32,000 nucleotides of DNA from contig NC_006512.1 in the NCBI RefSeq assembly GCF_000008465.1, positions 720,001 to 752,000 of the forward strand, written 5' to 3'. Position numbers and translations under genes: made by a program. The notes below the pieces were generated by a model. That model had not been told where the DNA came from, made no database searches, and was given only the letters and a program-made list of their open reading frames with translations. Origin of the DNA: Idiomarina loihiensis L2TR (lineage in GTDB: Bacteria; Pseudomonadota; Gammaproteobacteria; Enterobacterales; Alteromonadaceae). Positions within the stretch are counted from its first letter, which is position 1; every line of letters begins with the position of its first letter. Below, piece by piece: positions 1 through 12,508 of this stretch.

Positions 1-558
1 ACCAAGGCCTCGTTCCGCGTCCGTTAACGCGCTTTCCAGAGCCTGTTCAAGATCCGTTTTGGACAGTGTTTGTAACCGGTAAACCCGCGCCCGCGACAGC
101 AGTGCGTTGTTAAGCTCAAAGCCGGGGTTTTCGGTGGTCGCGCCAATAAAGACAATAGTGCCGTCTTCAATGTGGGGCAAAAAAGCGTCTTGCTGGCTTT
201 TGTTGAAACGGTGCACTTCGTCCACAAACAAAATGGTGCGGCGTCCCTGCTGCTGAGCCAGCAACTTCGCTTCTTCAATGGCTTTTCGAATGTCTTTAAC
301 ACCGGAGGTTACCGCACTAATGCGGCTGACCGTAGCATTTGCCTGAGTCGCAATGAGTTCAGCTAAGGTGGTTTTACCGGTACCCGGAGGCCCCCATAAA
401 ATCATTGAATGCAGATGCCCCTGCTCGACCGCTACCCGCAAAGGTTTACCGGGAGCAAGAAGATGTTGCTGACCTACATACTCGTCAACCGTACGCGGGC
501 GCATTCGCGCCGCAAGAGGTTTGAAATCGGGTTGAAAATCTAAGTCCAGACCTGCCAC
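1..558 (-). CDS. rarA: Replication-associated recombination protein A (AAA+ ATPase RarA/MgsA), N-terminal part; the 3' end lies beyond the left edge
   Basis: Absent from the ORF track because it runs off the window. My minus-strand translation from GTG at 558 reads [110 protein letters not shown]. This is colinear with E. coli RarA, including Walker A and B. It starts 5 nt after the lolA stop, matching lolA-rarA synteny. The GTG start is the uncertain part. Confidence 0.9.
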   Translation of the reverse strand, partial: MAGLDLDFQPDFKPLAARMRPRTVDEYVGQQHLLAPGKPLRVAVEQGHLHSMILWGPPGTGKTTLAELIATQANATVSRISAVTSGVKDIRKAIEEAKLLAQQQGRRTILFVDEVHRFNKSQQDAFLPHIEDGTIVFIGATTENPGFELNNALLSRARVYRLQTLSKTDLEQALESALTDAERGLG

Positions 559-563
559 AACAA

Positions 564-1166
564 TTAACTTTGATCGTCGACGTCGACATCAGCGGGCACA
601 TCAAAAACAAATTGTTCGTCGCTGATGGTTTCATTTAACGCCACATTATTCAGCATCAGTTCAGTCCGCTCGCCCTGAGCCTGAACCATAGTTATCTCTG
701 TGAGTTTTTCATCAGTAAATCTTAACTCCAGCTTACTGCCATTCGTTTGATGCTCAACAAAGTAGCGGTTATCGCGAAAGCTGACATTATAGTTCTGCCA
801 CTGATTACCGTTGCTGTTCAACACCAGCAGTAAAGGGCTGTCGTCAACCATGTCCTGCTGTGCATAAATGGTTACTTGTTCAACAAAAGGATTGTAGTAC
901 CAGACCTTTTTGCCGTTAGCGACCATCACGCTTTCGTCCGGCTCTTTCGTATGCCAATACAAATTAGCGGGTCGTTTTAGCTTTAACGTACCGCTTAATG
1001 TTTGTAGCACTTCGCCCTGTTCATCTTTTACTTGCTGTTCAAACTCTGCCGATAAGCTTTGAGTTTGTTTCAGTAAACTTTGCAGAGCCTGCTTGTCTGA
1101 CTCGTCGCCTGAGGCAAACACATTAAACGAAACGGCCATGACCATGGCAAATACAACTGCTTTCAT
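564..1166 (-). CDS. lolA: Outer-membrane lipoprotein carrier protein LolA
   Basis: 200-aa ORF with a Sec signal peptide ([18 protein letters not shown]). The core [35 protein letters not shown] matches E. coli LolA ([35 protein letters not shown]). It holds the conserved ftsK-lolA-rarA position. Confidence 0.93.
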   Translation of the reverse strand: MKAVVFAMVMAVSFNVFASGDESDKQALQSLLKQTQSLSAEFEQQVKDEQGEVLQTLSGTLKLKRPANLYWHTKEPDESVMVANGKKVWYYNPFVEQVTIYAQQDMVDDSPLLLVLNSNGNQWQNYNVSFRDNRYFVEHQTNGSKLELRFTDEKLTEITMVQAQGERTELMLNNVALNETISDEQFVFDVPADVDVDDQS

Positions 1167-1169
1167 GAA

Positions 1170-3575
1170 TTAATCCCTTGGAGCTCGTGGAGCCAGCACT
1201 TCGCGCTGGCCGTTATTGCCTGCACTGGTTACGACACCACTCACCTGCATTTGTTCGACGATACGGGCGGCGCGGTTATAACCGATACGGAATTTGCGCT
1301 GTACACTGGATACTGAGACCCGTTGAGTCTCAGTAACAAAAGCAACAGCCTCGTCGTATAGAGGATCAGATTCAGCATCGTCAGATTCCTGCTGTTCCCC
1401 CGGAAGCAGCGCTTCCTCGCCCTGATCGCCCGATAAAATTTCTTCCAGATAGTTAGGTCGACCACGTTTTTTCCAGTCTTTAACCACCGCATGAACTTCA
1501 TGGTCATCGACAAAAGCACCATGTACACGCACCGGAGAACCGCTACCCGGTGGTAAATAGAGCATATCGCCCTGCCCTAACAATTGGTCGGCACCCGGCT
1601 GATCCAGAATGGTTCTCGAATCTATTTTTGATGATACCTGAAACGCAATTCGGGTTGGAATATTCGCTTTAATTAAACCGGTGATAACATCCACCGATGG
1701 GCGTTGAGTTGCCAAAATTAAGTGAATACCGGCAGCACGGGCTTTCTGAGCGATACGAGCTATTAGCTCTTCGACTTTTTTACCGACAATCATCATCATG
1801 TCGGCAAATTCGTCTATCACCACGACAATGTTTGGTAATTTTTCCAGCAACGGCGGTAACTCATCCATAGAGTCGCCGGGCTTCCAGATAGGGTCTCGCA
1901 GTGGTTCACCAGCGTCTTTAGCCGCCTTCACTTTCGCGTTGTAGCCTTTTAAATTACGTACCCCTAAAGATGACATGAGTTTGTAACGACGTTCCATTTC
2001 TCCCACACACCAACGCAGTGCATTGGCGGCATCTTTCATGTCAGTAACAACCTCGGTCAACAAGTGCGGAATGCCCTCATAAACCGACAGCTCAAGCATT
2101 TTAGGGTCTATCATAATAAGGCGAACGTCTTCCGGCGTGCTCTTGTAAAGCAGGCTCAGAATCATAACGTTAACACCAACAGATTTACCGGAGCCGGTGG
2201 TACCCGCCACCAGCAAATGCGGCATTTTTCCTAAGTCGACAACGACTGGAGTGCCCGCAATGTTTTTGCCCAGAATCATCGTTAACGGCGAGCCGCTATG
2301 GGTGAACTGGTCGCTATTAATCACTTCGCTTAGCTGCACAATTTCGCGGTGTTTATTAGGCAGTTCCAGACCAACATATGACTTACCCGGAATAACCTCT
2401 ACCACACGTACAGCAACAGCAGACAAGGTACGGGCAATATCTTTTGCCAAATTCGAAATTCTGGAGACTTTAACGCCCGGTGCTAAGTCGAGCTCAAAAC
2501 GGGTAATGACCGGACCGGGTTCAACGTGCGCCACCCGAACATCCACCCCAAAATCTTTCAGCACTGTCTCGACCGTGCGTGATACCTGATCCAGTTCTTC
2601 CTGAGTTACCGGGTGCTCTTTTTTATTCGGTCTATCCAGAAGCTCTATTGACGGCAACGGCGGAAGTAACTCGCCCTCGCCTGAATCAGCCGCTGATTGC
2701 GGTTCGTCTTCCGCAGAGGTGTCTGAAGAAGGCGCCACAGCTGGTTTATTAGGTGTGTCTTTTTTCGCAGCCGCTTGCTTGCTAAATTTAGGCGCATCGC
2801 TGTCTACGTCATCATCTTCATCAACAGAGCTCATTGAAGGCAGGCTCAAAACAGGTTCTTGTTTGTCAGTCCCGAATAAGTCGCTACTGAGCGTTGTGGA
2901 TTTCTTTTCTTCAAGCGTTTGCTCACGCTCGTTGTCATCATAAGCTTCTGAGTCGTCTTCTTTATCTTCCGTTTCTGAGCTTCCGCGACTTTGCCAAAGA
3001 ATTTTAATTTTTTCGGTTAGCCACAAAGCCCCGTCAATAACCCACTCACCGAGTTTGTCAGCAACCTGCAACCAGCTAATACCGCTGACCAGAGTGATGC
3101 CAGTAAAAAAGAAGGTTAACAAGAGTAAGGTTGTACCAACAAAATTCAGATAAGGAAGCAAAGACGCCGCAATAACATCGCCAATAACACCGCCAGCAGA
3201 AAAGTAGTAAATATCGTCGAAATTAATAGAGGACAGTGCAGATGCACCAATAAGCGCGAGCATAGCGCCTATCATACGCAAACTGACCGCAAGGTAATCC
3301 ATTTCTAATAAATGGTAAGTTTTGCGAAATAGTAGGTAGCCAAGGCCAACAAAGCCGAAAGGAATAAGGTAGGCAACGAAGCCAAAAGCAAACAAGAGTA
3401 CATCTGCCATCCAGGCACCTACGGCACCGCCGGCATTATGTATGCTTCCTTCATAACCGGTCTGTGACCAGCTGGGATCAGCGGGATTAAAGCTCACCAA
3501 TGACAAAAAAATGAAAATGGCCAGCGCACCACTTATTAGCAACCCTGCTTCTAAAACTCTTTGTACACCTGTCAT
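1170..3575 (-). CDS. ftsK: DNA translocase FtsK
   Basis: 801-aa ORF with N-terminal multi-TM segments and an acidic/Pro-rich linker. The C-terminal motor has Walker A (GTTGSGKS) and a gamma-domain-like winged helix ([25 protein letters not shown]-like). Synteny lrp-ftsK-lolA. Confidence 0.96.
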   Translation of the reverse strand: MTGVQRVLEAGLLISGALAIFIFLSLVSFNPADPSWSQTGYEGSIHNAGGAVGAWMADVLLFAFGFVAYLIPFGFVGLGYLLFRKTYHLLEMDYLAVSLRMIGAMLALIGASALSSINFDDIYYFSAGGVIGDVIAASLLPYLNFVGTTLLLLTFFFTGITLVSGISWLQVADKLGEWVIDGALWLTEKIKILWQSRGSSETEDKEDDSEAYDDNEREQTLEEKKSTTLSSDLFGTDKQEPVLSLPSMSSVDEDDDVDSDAPKFSKQAAAKKDTPNKPAVAPSSDTSAEDEPQSAADSGEGELLPPLPSIELLDRPNKKEHPVTQEELDQVSRTVETVLKDFGVDVRVAHVEPGPVITRFELDLAPGVKVSRISNLAKDIARTLSAVAVRVVEVIPGKSYVGLELPNKHREIVQLSEVINSDQFTHSGSPLTMILGKNIAGTPVVVDLGKMPHLLVAGTTGSGKSVGVNVMILSLLYKSTPEDVRLIMIDPKMLELSVYEGIPHLLTEVVTDMKDAANALRWCVGEMERRYKLMSSLGVRNLKGYNAKVKAAKDAGEPLRDPIWKPGDSMDELPPLLEKLPNIVVVIDEFADMMMIVGKKVEELIARIAQKARAAGIHLILATQRPSVDVITGLIKANIPTRIAFQVSSKIDSRTILDQPGADQLLGQGDMLYLPPGSGSPVRVHGAFVDDHEVHAVVKDWKKRGRPNYLEEILSGDQGEEALLPGEQQESDDAESDPLYDEAVAFVTETQRVSVSSVQRKFRIGYNRAARIVEQMQVSGVVTSAGNNGQREVLAPRAPRD

Positions 3576-3669
3576 TATCTTATTGCAGCGCCTTCGTTGG
3601 TATTCTTGTTACGATAAAATATCGAGATAAATTTTATCCGCATGATTGTAGCGAATATCAGCCCCAATG

Positions 3670-4161
3670 TTACCCCTTTACTAATACTTTATTTTCTTGT
3701 TTGACCTCTTCCATAACCACATAGGTTCTTGATTCATCAACCCCCGGCATCATTAACAGGGTTTCACCCAATAATTTGCGGTAAGCACGCATATCCGGCA
3801 CCCGTGCTTTTATCAGGAAGTCGAAGTCACCCGCCACCAAATGGCATTCAAGAATTTCATCCGTTTTACGTGCAGCCTCGCTAAATTCGGCAAAAGCGTC
3901 GGCTGAGGTTCGGGTTAAGGTAATTTCAACGAAAACCATCAGGTTTGCACCTAACTTAGCAGGATTAATCCGGGCATGATAACTTTCAATTACTTGTTCC
4001 CGCTCAAGCTTACGCACACGCTCCAGGCAAGCAGTCTGGCTAAGCCCTACACGCCTTGCCAGTTCAACATTCGACATGCGTCCATCATCCTGCAAAAGCC
4101 GCAGGATCTTCCTGTCGGTTTTATCAATAGTGACTTCTGCTGGTTGTTCGGCGTTAAACAT
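3670..4161 (-). CDS. lrp: Leucine-responsive regulatory protein (Lrp/AsnC family)
   Basis: 163 aa. Long identical runs with E. coli Lrp (GRMSNVELARRVGLS..CLERVR.LER, LVFVEITL, CHLVAGDFDFLIKARVPDMRAYRKLLGETLL.MPGV..SRTYVVMEEVKQ). Located upstream of ftsK as in E. coli. Confidence 0.93.
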   Translation of the reverse strand: MFNAEQPAEVTIDKTDRKILRLLQDDGRMSNVELARRVGLSQTACLERVRKLEREQVIESYHARINPAKLGANLMVFVEITLTRTSADAFAEFSEAARKTDEILECHLVAGDFDFLIKARVPDMRAYRKLLGETLLMMPGVDESRTYVVMEEVKQENKVLVKG

Positions 4162-4302
4162 AATAAATCTCTAAATAAGTAATTAAAATTAGTATATCAC
4201 ACCAAAAAATAACTTAAAAAAAGTAAGTCATGCACTGTTATTTGCGTCTATAATTTGCGCCAAACAATTCCCCCTTAAACACGAAATTGTAAGAGGCAGA
4301 TA

Positions 4303-5430
4303 ATGTTAATTGGTGTACCAAAAGAGATTAAAAACCACGAATACCGTATCGGCTTAACTCCAGCAGCCGTGCGTGAATATGTGGAAAACGGCCATGACGT
4401 CATCATTGAAAATAACGGTGGTGCAGCAATAGGCTTCACAAACGAGCAATATATGGAAGCCGGTGCAACTATTATTGATACACCAGAAGAGATTTTTCAG
4501 CGCGCCGACATGATTGTTAAAGTAAAAGAGCCTCAGCCAAACGAATGCAAAATGCTTCGCGAAGGCCAAATTCTTTATACTTTCCTTCATTTAGCACCAG
4601 ACCCAACTCAAACTGAGTTACTGGGTAAAGCGGGTTGTACTGCTATTGCTTACGAAACGGTCACTGATACTCGTAACGGTTTGCCTCTTTTAGCTCCTAT
4701 GAGTGAAGTTGCCGGGCGTATGTCAATTCAGGCAGGCGCTCACTATTTAGAAAAGGCCCATGGTGGCAGCGGCACCTTATTAGGTGGTGTTCCTGGCGTA
4801 GCACCGGGTAAAGTACTTATCATTGGCGGCGGTGTTGTTGGTACTAACGCTGCGAAAATGGCTATTGGCCTGGGTGCTGAAGTCACTATTTTAGATCGTT
4901 CTCTGCCTCGCTTACGTGAACTGGACGATATTTTTGCCGGCCGTGTACAAACTGTTTACTCAACCGTTGATGCTATCGATAAATACTCTCGTGAAGCTGA
5001 CTTAGTGGTGGGTGCGGTTCTTATTCCGGGCGCCGCTGCACCGAAACTGCTGACTCGTGAAAACATCAGCAATATGAAGCCGGGCTCAGTACTAGTAGAC
5101 GTTGCAATTGATCAGGGCGGCTGCTTTGAAACATCAAAAGCAACCACACATCAGGACCCTGTTTACATTATTGACGACGTTGTTCACTACTGTGTGGCAA
5201 ACATGCCGGGCGGTGTTGCACGTACCTCTACTATTGCACTGAACAATGCAACCTTGCCTTATGGTATTGCGCTGGCAAACAAAGGCGTGCAAGCCATGCT
5301 CGAAAACGAGCACCTGTTACGCGGCCTGAACATGCATAAAGGTAAAATTACCTACAAAGCCATTCACGATGATCTTGGTCAGCAGTTAGGTCTGGATTAC
5401 CAGGACCCTCGCGAAGCGCTTCAGGCGTAA
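4303..5430 (+). CDS. ald: Alanine dehydrogenase
   Basis: 375 aa with the N-terminus [20 protein letters not shown] typical of Ald. Rossmann motif [22 protein letters not shown] lies upstream. Divergent from lrp. Confidence 0.92.
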   Translation: MLIGVPKEIKNHEYRIGLTPAAVREYVENGHDVIIENNGGAAIGFTNEQYMEAGATIIDTPEEIFQRADMIVKVKEPQPNECKMLREGQILYTFLHLAPDPTQTELLGKAGCTAIAYETVTDTRNGLPLLAPMSEVAGRMSIQAGAHYLEKAHGGSGTLLGGVPGVAPGKVLIIGGGVVGTNAAKMAIGLGAEVTILDRSLPRLRELDDIFAGRVQTVYSTVDAIDKYSREADLVVGAVLIPGAAAPKLLTRENISNMKPGSVLVDVAIDQGGCFETSKATTHQDPVYIIDDVVHYCVANMPGGVARTSTIALNNATLPYGIALANKGVQAMLENEHLLRGLNMHKGKITYKAIHDDLGQQLGLDYQDPREALQA

Positions 5431-5448
5431 TAGCCGGTTGTTCTGAAT

Positions 5449-5480
5449 AAGCCCGTGAACAAAAGTTTGCGGGCTTTTTT
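5449..5480 (+). terminator. Rho-independent terminator downstream of ald
   Basis: AAGCCCG..(loop)..CGGGCTT stem (5449-5455 / 5470-5476) followed by a T-run to 5480, 19 nt after the ald stop. Confidence 0.7.
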
Positions 5481-5536
5481 ATTGGCAGTTCTTGTTCGCT
5501 AAGCTTGTAAACCCTACAATCAACCCCCATAGCTAA

Positions 5537-6535
<999 letters not shown>

Positions 6536-6544
6536 TCTTTTAAC

Positions 6545-7255
6545 GTGATTGTTCAGCTTGATCCGGCATCAATCAGTTTTCCACCCGCAGCGACCGCTTT
6601 GCATGAGCCCAATGGGCTACTCGCTGTCGGTGGAGATTTATCGCCGGGCCGGCTGATACACGCCTATCAGCAGGGAATATTTCCCTGGTTCTCAGAAAGT
6701 GACCCAATTCTGTGGTGGTCCCCTAACCCCAGAGCTGTATTTTTCCCCGACCAAATCCATACCAGCCGCTCTTTAGCTAAAACCAATCGTAAGCCAAACT
6801 GGCAAATGAGCATTAATTGTAACTTTGCTGAAGTTGTTCGTGCCTGCGCAGACGAACGCGCCGACAAAGAAGGTACCTGGATAACGGAAGAGATGATTGA
6901 AGCTTATTGCAAGCTTCATCAGTTAGGTTACGCCCATTCGGTCGAAATTTGGTTCGACAATGAACTTGCAGGCGGTTTGTATGGCATTTCAGTAGGCCGT
7001 GCTTTTTGCGGGGAAAGTATGTTTCACTACAAAACCGACGCGTCAAAAATAGCCTTGTTACGTTTCGCTCAATATTTTAAAAAGCATGGCGGCCAGCTAA
7101 TTGATTGTCAGGTGGGTAATCCGCATTTATTTTCATTAGGTGCTGTTAACCTGCATCGGGAACGTTTTTTAATGAAGCTCAATATTGCGCAACAAAAAAA
7201 GATGCCAGATACTTTTTGGCAAGCTCGTGAGCTTCCTCTACCTGGAGAACTCTAG
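6545..7255 (+). CDS. aat: Leucyl/phenylalanyl-tRNA--protein transferase
   Basis: 236 aa from a GTG start. Colinear with E. coli Aat (EPNGLLA.GGDLSP.RL..AYQ.GIFPWFS..DPILWWSP.PRAV, GTWIT, GESMF, GG.LIDCQ). Confidence 0.92.
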   Translation: MIVQLDPASISFPPAATALHEPNGLLAVGGDLSPGRLIHAYQQGIFPWFSESDPILWWSPNPRAVFFPDQIHTSRSLAKTNRKPNWQMSINCNFAEVVRACADERADKEGTWITEEMIEAYCKLHQLGYAHSVEIWFDNELAGGLYGISVGRAFCGESMFHYKTDASKIALLRFAQYFKKHGGQLIDCQVGNPHLFSLGAVNLHRERFLMKLNIAQQKKMPDTFWQARELPLPGEL

Positions 7256-7983
7256 TGCAATTTGGCGTGACGAAAGAGAGCCAGTGTCACTATTTAACCG
7301 ACCAGGAAGAGCGACTTGTTGTTGCCCTGCCTAATGATCTTGAAAACCTTAATGCAGACGCGTATCAACAACTCATGCAATACGGCTTCCGGCGCAGCCA
7401 TAATGACGTTTACCGTCCGCACTGCCGGCTCTGCAGTGCTTGTCAGTCGCTCCGTGTGGTCGTGCCAGAGTTTCGCTTTAGTAAAAACCAAAAACGAATT
7501 CTAAAAAAGAATGACGACTTAACGCTGCAGATTAAACAGCAGCCGGAAGCTGAATACAGTCAATTGTTTTCGCAGTTTATTGAACAACGACACGCGGATG
7601 GGGAAATGTACCCACCCGACCCGGACAAATTCTGGAAGTGGATAGATTGCGACTGGTTAACTCCCGAATTATTAGAGTGGCGCAATGCCAGCAATGAGTT
7701 AATGATAGTTTCGGTAGTTGATCGCACTGTTGACGCAATGTCCGCGGTCTATACCTTTTTTCATCCCGATGAGGAAAAGCGTTCGCCTGGTACCTTCGCT
7801 GTATTAGAAATGATTCGATTGGCTCAGGAACGAGAAGTTGCCAGACTCTATTTGGGTTACCAAATTGATGACTGTAAAAAGATGAATTATAAAACTCGAT
7901 TTGCCCCATATGAACGACTGGTTGGCAATCATTGGAAAAAAGAGCTAAAATCGCACACACTTAAAGCTCAAAACAAAGATTAG
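7255..7983 (+). CDS. bpt: Arginyl/aspartyl-glutamyl-tRNA--protein transferase family (bacterial Bpt/Ate type)
   Basis: 242 aa. GTG start overlaps the aat stop by 1 nt (TAGTG). Cys-rich N-domain (CHYL...CRLCSACQSLRV) and C-terminal ATE_C-like region (SAVYTFF.PD...SPGTF..L..I..A......YLGY.I..C.KM.YK..F.P.E). The aat-bpt pairing is common in gammaproteobacteria. Confidence 0.8.
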   Translation: MQFGVTKESQCHYLTDQEERLVVALPNDLENLNADAYQQLMQYGFRRSHNDVYRPHCRLCSACQSLRVVVPEFRFSKNQKRILKKNDDLTLQIKQQPEAEYSQLFSQFIEQRHADGEMYPPDPDKFWKWIDCDWLTPELLEWRNASNELMIVSVVDRTVDAMSAVYTFFHPDEEKRSPGTFAVLEMIRLAQEREVARLYLGYQIDDCKKMNYKTRFAPYERLVGNHWKKELKSHTLKAQNKD

Positions 7984-8211
<228 letters not shown>

Positions 8212-8226
8212 TCCGCACTGAGGATT

Positions 8227-8261
8227 AAAAAAACCGGCTTCATTTAATGAGCCGGTTTTTT
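8227..8261. terminator. Bidirectional rho-independent terminator between convergent infA and clpA
   Basis: AAAAAAACCGGCT / AGCCGGTTTTTT stem-loop with an A-run on one side and a T-run on the other, placed between the two stop codons (8211 and 8281). Confidence 0.8.
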
Positions 8262-8280
8262 CATTTCTGCCGAAGGCTTA

Positions 8281-10551
8281 TTAACCTTCGACGGTCTCGT
8301 TCTTGCTGTCGTAATCGAATTGCAGTCCGTCCTTGCCATCAGCAGTCACTTTCACGCTGCCGCCACTGGCCAGTTTCCCGAACAGAATTTCGTTGGCTAA
8401 GGTTTTCTTCAGGTGTTCCTGAATAACCCGACTCATTGGACGGGCGCCCATTTCCTTGTCGTAGCCTTTTTCAGCAATCCAGGCATGAGCAGAAGGGTCA
8501 ACCTCAAGCGACACACCTTTTTTATCTAACTGAGCCTGCAGTTCACAAATGAATTTATCGACAACCTGTTCCAGTACTTCCGGTGTCAGATGGTTAAACC
8601 ACACAATACCGTCCAGGCGATTACGAAACTCCGGAGTGAAAATATTATTAATTTCCGCCAGCGCATCGAAGCTGTGATCCTGCTGTTTAAAGCCAATAGA
8701 CTTACGCACAGTTTCACGAACGCCCGCATTGGTTGTCATAACAATAATTACGTTACGGAAGTCAGCTTTACGGCCGTTATTGTCCGTTAAAGTGCCGTTA
8801 TCCATTACCTGCAACAGAATGTTAAATACATCGCTGTGGGCTTTTTCCAGCTCATCCAGAAGCAACACACAATGCGGTTGCTTGATTACAGCGTCGGTCA
8901 ATAAACCGCCCTGCTCGTACCCTACATAACCCGGAGGCGCACCAATTAGACGACTGACCGCATGGCGTTCCATGTATTCCGACATATCAAAGCGCACCAG
9001 CTCAATGCCCATAGCTTTCGCCAGTTGCTGTGTTACCTCGGTTTTACCAACACCCGTTGGTCCGGCAAAAATAAACGAACCTATTGGCTGGTTATCGTTG
9101 GCAAGACCCGAACGCGACAACCGTATAGCACCAGTGAGCTTATCAATAGCTTCATCCTGACCAAACACCACCATTTTCAGGTTACGATCCAGCTGCTTCA
9201 GTAAGTCCTGGTCGGACCGGGAAACTGACTGTTCCGGAATACGGGCTATTTTGGCGATAATGGTTTCAATATCCGACACCCCGACCGTTTTACGGCGTTT
9301 GGACGGCGGCAATAAACGCTGGGAAGCACCGGCTTCATCCATTACATCAATGGCTTTATCAGGCAAATGACGCTCATTAATGTATTTAGCAGAGAGCTCC
9401 GCTGCCGCTTTAATCGCCGGCTGCGTGTAACGAATACCATGATGGCTTTCGTAACGCTCTTTTAAGCCCATTAGAATTTTAGTGGTGTCTTCTACTGAAG
9501 GCTCCACCACATCCACTTTCTGGAAGCGGCGAACCAGCGCTCGGTCTTTTTCAAAAACATTTTTGAATTCATTGTACGTAGTGGAGCCAATGCACTTAAG
9601 CTGCCCACTTGAAAGCAACGGCTTAATCAAGTTAGATGCATCTAAAACGCCACCGCTGGCAGCTCCGGCACCAATAATGGTATGAATTTCGTCAATGAAC
9701 AGAATCGCGTGCTCTTTTTCCTGCAGTTCTTTTAAAAGCATTTTAAAGCGCTTTTCAAAGTCGCCACGATATTTAGTGCCCGCCAGCAAATCGCCCATGT
9801 CCAGTGAATAAATGGTGGCATCCGCAAGTATCTCCGGCACTTCACCTTTAATAATGCGATAAGCCAGACCTTCTGCAATAGCTGTTTTACCCACACCGGC
9901 TTCGCCAACTAACAACGGATTATTCTTACGACGGCGGCAAAGAATTTGCGCACACCGTTCCAGCTCAAAATCGCGGCCAATTAGAGGGTCAATTTTGCCT
10001 TCCTTTGCCTGCACATTAAGATTGGCACAAAAGCGCTTCAAGTAGCTCTCTTGCTCTTCACCACCCTTAACGGCCTCTTCTTCCGCCATTTCTTCGTCCA
10101 TAGGCTCATCGTCATCGATACGAGAAATACCATGAGAAATGAAATTAACGATATCCAGTCGGGTAATATCGTTTTTACTTAGCAGATAGACGGCTTGAGA
10201 TTCCTGTTCACTGAAAATGGCAACCAATACATTGGCGCCCGTTACCTCAGCGTTACCGGATGACTGAACATGAAATACCGCGCGCTGCAAAACTCGCTGA
10301 AAACCAAGCGTAGGTTGAGTGTCCGGACTTTCTTCTTCCGGACCAAACAGCGGCGTACTGCGGTCAATATAACTTAATAGTTCTTCTTTCAATTGTTGAA
10401 AGTTTGCCCCACAAGCTCGAAGCGCTTCCGATGCATCTGGGTTATCCAGTAATGCAATTAGCAAGTGTTCAACTGTCATCAATTCATGATTACGTTCGCG
10501 CGCTAGCCGAAACGCATCGTTTAGCGTTAATTCAAGGGCTTTATTCAACAT
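8281..10551 (-). CDS. clpA: ATP-dependent Clp protease ATP-binding subunit ClpA
   Basis: The ORF track starts at 10572. E. coli ClpA begins MLNQELELSL, matching [10 protein letters not shown] at the ATG at 10551, which has GGAG 7 nt upstream. Two AAA+ modules are present ([26 protein letters not shown]). Confidence 0.95.
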   Translation of the reverse strand: MLNKALELTLNDAFRLARERNHELMTVEHLLIALLDNPDASEALRACGANFQQLKEELLSYIDRSTPLFGPEEESPDTQPTLGFQRVLQRAVFHVQSSGNAEVTGANVLVAIFSEQESQAVYLLSKNDITRLDIVNFISHGISRIDDDEPMDEEMAEEEAVKGGEEQESYLKRFCANLNVQAKEGKIDPLIGRDFELERCAQILCRRRKNNPLLVGEAGVGKTAIAEGLAYRIIKGEVPEILADATIYSLDMGDLLAGTKYRGDFEKRFKMLLKELQEKEHAILFIDEIHTIIGAGAASGGVLDASNLIKPLLSSGQLKCIGSTTYNEFKNVFEKDRALVRRFQKVDVVEPSVEDTTKILMGLKERYESHHGIRYTQPAIKAAAELSAKYINERHLPDKAIDVMDEAGASQRLLPPSKRRKTVGVSDIETIIAKIARIPEQSVSRSDQDLLKQLDRNLKMVVFGQDEAIDKLTGAIRLSRSGLANDNQPIGSFIFAGPTGVGKTEVTQQLAKAMGIELVRFDMSEYMERHAVSRLIGAPPGYVGYEQGGLLTDAVIKQPHCVLLLDELEKAHSDVFNILLQVMDNGTLTDNNGRKADFRNVIIVMTTNAGVRETVRKSIGFKQQDHSFDALAEINNIFTPEFRNRLDGIVWFNHLTPEVLEQVVDKFICELQAQLDKKGVSLEVDPSAHAWIAEKGYDKEMGARPMSRVIQEHLKKTLANEILFGKLASGGSVKVTADGKDGLQFDYDSKNETVEG

Positions 10552-10578
10552 AGACCACTCCTTACCAGCCAACCCGGA

Positions 10579-10887
10579 TCATTCTTGCTCCATGGTACAC
10601 AATAATGGATGCTGATTTTCCCGAGCATACTGATTTACCTGTACTACTTTAGTTTCGGCGATTTCCGCAGAATATACACCGCAAACGGCCTTTCCTTTAT
10701 AATGCACCTGTAACATGGTGTCCGTGGCGCGCTCCTGATCCATCTTAAAAAATCTCATCAATACTTCAATCACAAAATCCATAGGGGTGTAATCGTCATT
10801 ATTAATAATGACCTTATACATGGATGGTGGCTTGAGCTCCTGCTTTTCCTCTGTATCGCTAAGGTGCTGGTGATCAAACTGACTCAT
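10579..10887 (-). CDS. clpS: ATP-dependent Clp protease adaptor ClpS
   Basis: 102 aa. The core [27 protein letters not shown]...[44 protein letters not shown] is typical ClpS. Lies directly upstream of clpA. Confidence 0.96.
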   Translation of the reverse strand: MSQFDHQHLSDTEEKQELKPPSMYKVIINNDDYTPMDFVIEVLMRFFKMDQERATDTMLQVHYKGKAVCGVYSAEIAETKVVQVNQYARENQHPLLCTMEQE

Positions 10888-10987
10888 TTATTAACAACCT
10901 GCCATAATAATAGTTTTAAATTTACCAGAAAATATAAAAAAACAACCAAAATATTAACAATCCAGGTTATTTTTTGAACTTTAGGGC

Positions 10988-11015
10988 TTGACTAATCACT
11001 CACGTCACCTAGAGT
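10988..11015 (+). promoter_or_regulatory. Putative sigma70 promoter of cspD
   Basis: TTGACT (10988-10993), 16-nt spacer, TAGAGT (11010-11015). This would give a ~85-nt leader, consistent with the long 5' UTRs of csp genes. Pattern match only. Confidence 0.4.
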
Positions 11016-11104
11016 TAAACATGGTGCTAAATCGGCGATTTTTCAAGCCACCGCACCTAATAATAATAAACTATCTATCTGTTGCAGAAGAAGGATGTAG
11101 AAGT

Positions 11105-11320
11105 ATGGCTACCGGAAAAGTCAAATGGTTCAATAATTCGAAGGGCTTCGGCTTTATCGAAAGCGAGGACCGCGAAGGTGATATTTTCGCTCACTATTCA
11201 ACCATTGAAATGGAAGGCTATCGCACACTTAAAGCGGGGCAACCCGTAGAGTTTGAACTCGAAGAAGGCCCCAAAGGCTTGCATGCCAACAACATTGTTC
11301 CCGGCGCTGCCGATAAATAA
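11105..11320 (+). CDS. cspD: Cold-shock-domain protein CspD (stationary-phase replication inhibitor family)
   Basis: The true start is taken as the ATG at 11105 (MATGKVKWFNNSKGFGFIESEDREGDIFAHYSTIEMEGYRTLKAGQPVEFELEEGPKGLHA), colinear with E. coli CspD. Divergent from clpS as in E. coli. The upstream 39 codons of the track ORF look like leader sequence. Confidence 0.93.
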   Translation: MATGKVKWFNNSKGFGFIESEDREGDIFAHYSTIEMEGYRTLKAGQPVEFELEEGPKGLHANNIVPGAADK

Positions 11321-11352
11321 CATCGGCTAAACCAAACAATTTAAGTACTTTC

Positions 11353-11377
11353 AAAACGCCGGCTTGTCCGGCGTTTT
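11353..11377. terminator. Bidirectional terminator between convergent cspD and yejK
   Basis: AAAACGCCGG-cttgt-CCGGCGTTTT, a perfect 10-bp stem with flanking A and T runs. Confidence 0.8.
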
Positions 11378-11397
11378 AATTTACTTAATCACTTCAA

Positions 11398-12441
11398 CTA
11401 ACTATCTATACCAAAATAACGCCGTAATTGATCACGTAAATTTGGCGGAGTTCCATTAATTGTTAATGTATCCGTCGCCGCGTCATAGTGCACTCTCTCT
11501 CCCAGGGCTGTGTGATCAAAGCCAACGCTGACTCCTCCACCTTGTCCCTGAAACTTAACCAACTTACGTAATGTCGACTTATCTGCCGGAAAGTCATCGA
11601 CTAATTCGCGTGAATTCTGTTCAGCAAAATCCTTCGAGAAACTCTCGAAGCTCTTTTCTACCGGGTACTGCTCTGCAAATTGCTCTGATAGATCTTTAAT
11701 TTTTACCGTGTCGCCCTGCTTCCATTGGTCGTCACAATACTCATAAGCCGCTTTATTCAGGGCTTGGCGTTGTTCCGTTTCCAGTTCGGACTGTTTCGCA
11801 TATTCTTGAACCGAATCGACTAACTGTTGTGTGTGCGCTTTTGAGTTTAAACGCTCAGTGCACCCCAGAAAATCGAGGAAGAAGTCTGAAACCTTGCGAC
11901 CGGCGCGTCCTTTAATAAAAGAAATGTACCGCTCACTTTCCGGAGATGTTTTCCACTCGGTTAAATCAATACGAGCCGCCAATTGGACTTTTGTTATATC
12001 TAACTGCGACGAGCGGTCAACAGCCAGCTCAGGGTTTATTGTTACCCCTTCTTTAACGGGTAAAAAGCAGACCAATAAATACTCGGTGCTAATGTGTTGG
12101 TAGCGTGTGACTAACAAAAAGCCCGCTTCTAACAAGTTATAGTTCTGCAGTTGTTCCAGCAATAGTTTGGCAGACTGTTGGCTGAACTCGACAAAGTCCA
12201 GCTGCCCGTCATACCAGGAGGTTAAATGCTCAGGAAAAGGACCGGGCTCGCCCTCTTCTTCATCTTTAAGAAAACTCGCATAACCTTTTGCCGGTTTGCT
12301 GGTATACACATCCGTTAATTCGACTAACAAATCGTGCAACTGGTCATCTTCCGTTAACGCCGAAGGAGCCAACCGAAGCCCTACTTGTCCGTCATTTTGA
12401 TAAAACTGGTGAATAATGCTTTCTTCTATCCGCAATTGCAT
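11398..12441 (-). CDS. yejK: Nucleoid-associated protein YejK/NdpA
   Basis: 347 aa. The N-terminus (MQLRIEESIIHQF...) and overall length fit the NdpA family. Divergent from yejM as in E. coli. Confidence 0.85.
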   Translation of the reverse strand: MQLRIEESIIHQFYQNDGQVGLRLAPSALTEDDQLHDLLVELTDVYTSKPAKGYASFLKDEEEGEPGPFPEHLTSWYDGQLDFVEFSQQSAKLLLEQLQNYNLLEAGFLLVTRYQHISTEYLLVCFLPVKEGVTINPELAVDRSSQLDITKVQLAARIDLTEWKTSPESERYISFIKGRAGRKVSDFFLDFLGCTERLNSKAHTQQLVDSVQEYAKQSELETEQRQALNKAAYEYCDDQWKQGDTVKIKDLSEQFAEQYPVEKSFESFSKDFAEQNSRELVDDFPADKSTLRKLVKFQGQGGGVSVGFDHTALGERVHYDAATDTLTINGTPPNLRDQLRRYFGIDS

Positions 12442-12508
12442 AACGGGGACTATCCTTGCTGTTTTGCTGTGTTACTATAATGCCATTGTAACACGGGACT
12501 GACGAACG

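Noticed and set aside
2197-2943. Plus-strand ORFs of 130 aa and 74 aa inside ftsK, and the 95-aa minus-strand alternative frame at 1241-1528
   Set aside because: These are shadow ORFs within a highly conserved gene. Their translations are compositionally odd (Ser/Thr/Cys-rich) and no family is recognisable.
8590-9685. Five short plus-strand ORFs (62-80 aa) antisense to clpA
   Set aside because: All are nested in the clpA coding region, and none has a recognisable motif or RBS.
10552-10572. 7-codon N-terminal extension of clpA (MAGKEWS)
   Set aside because: E. coli ClpA starts at the equivalent of MLNKALE. GGAG lies 7 nt upstream of the ATG at 10551, so the extension would swallow the RBS.
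10988-11104. 39-codon N-terminal extension of the cspD ORF in the track
   Set aside because: CspD homologues start at MxxG(T/K)VKWFN. The extension overlaps the predicted promoter and leader, and the ATG at 11105 gives the canonical length.
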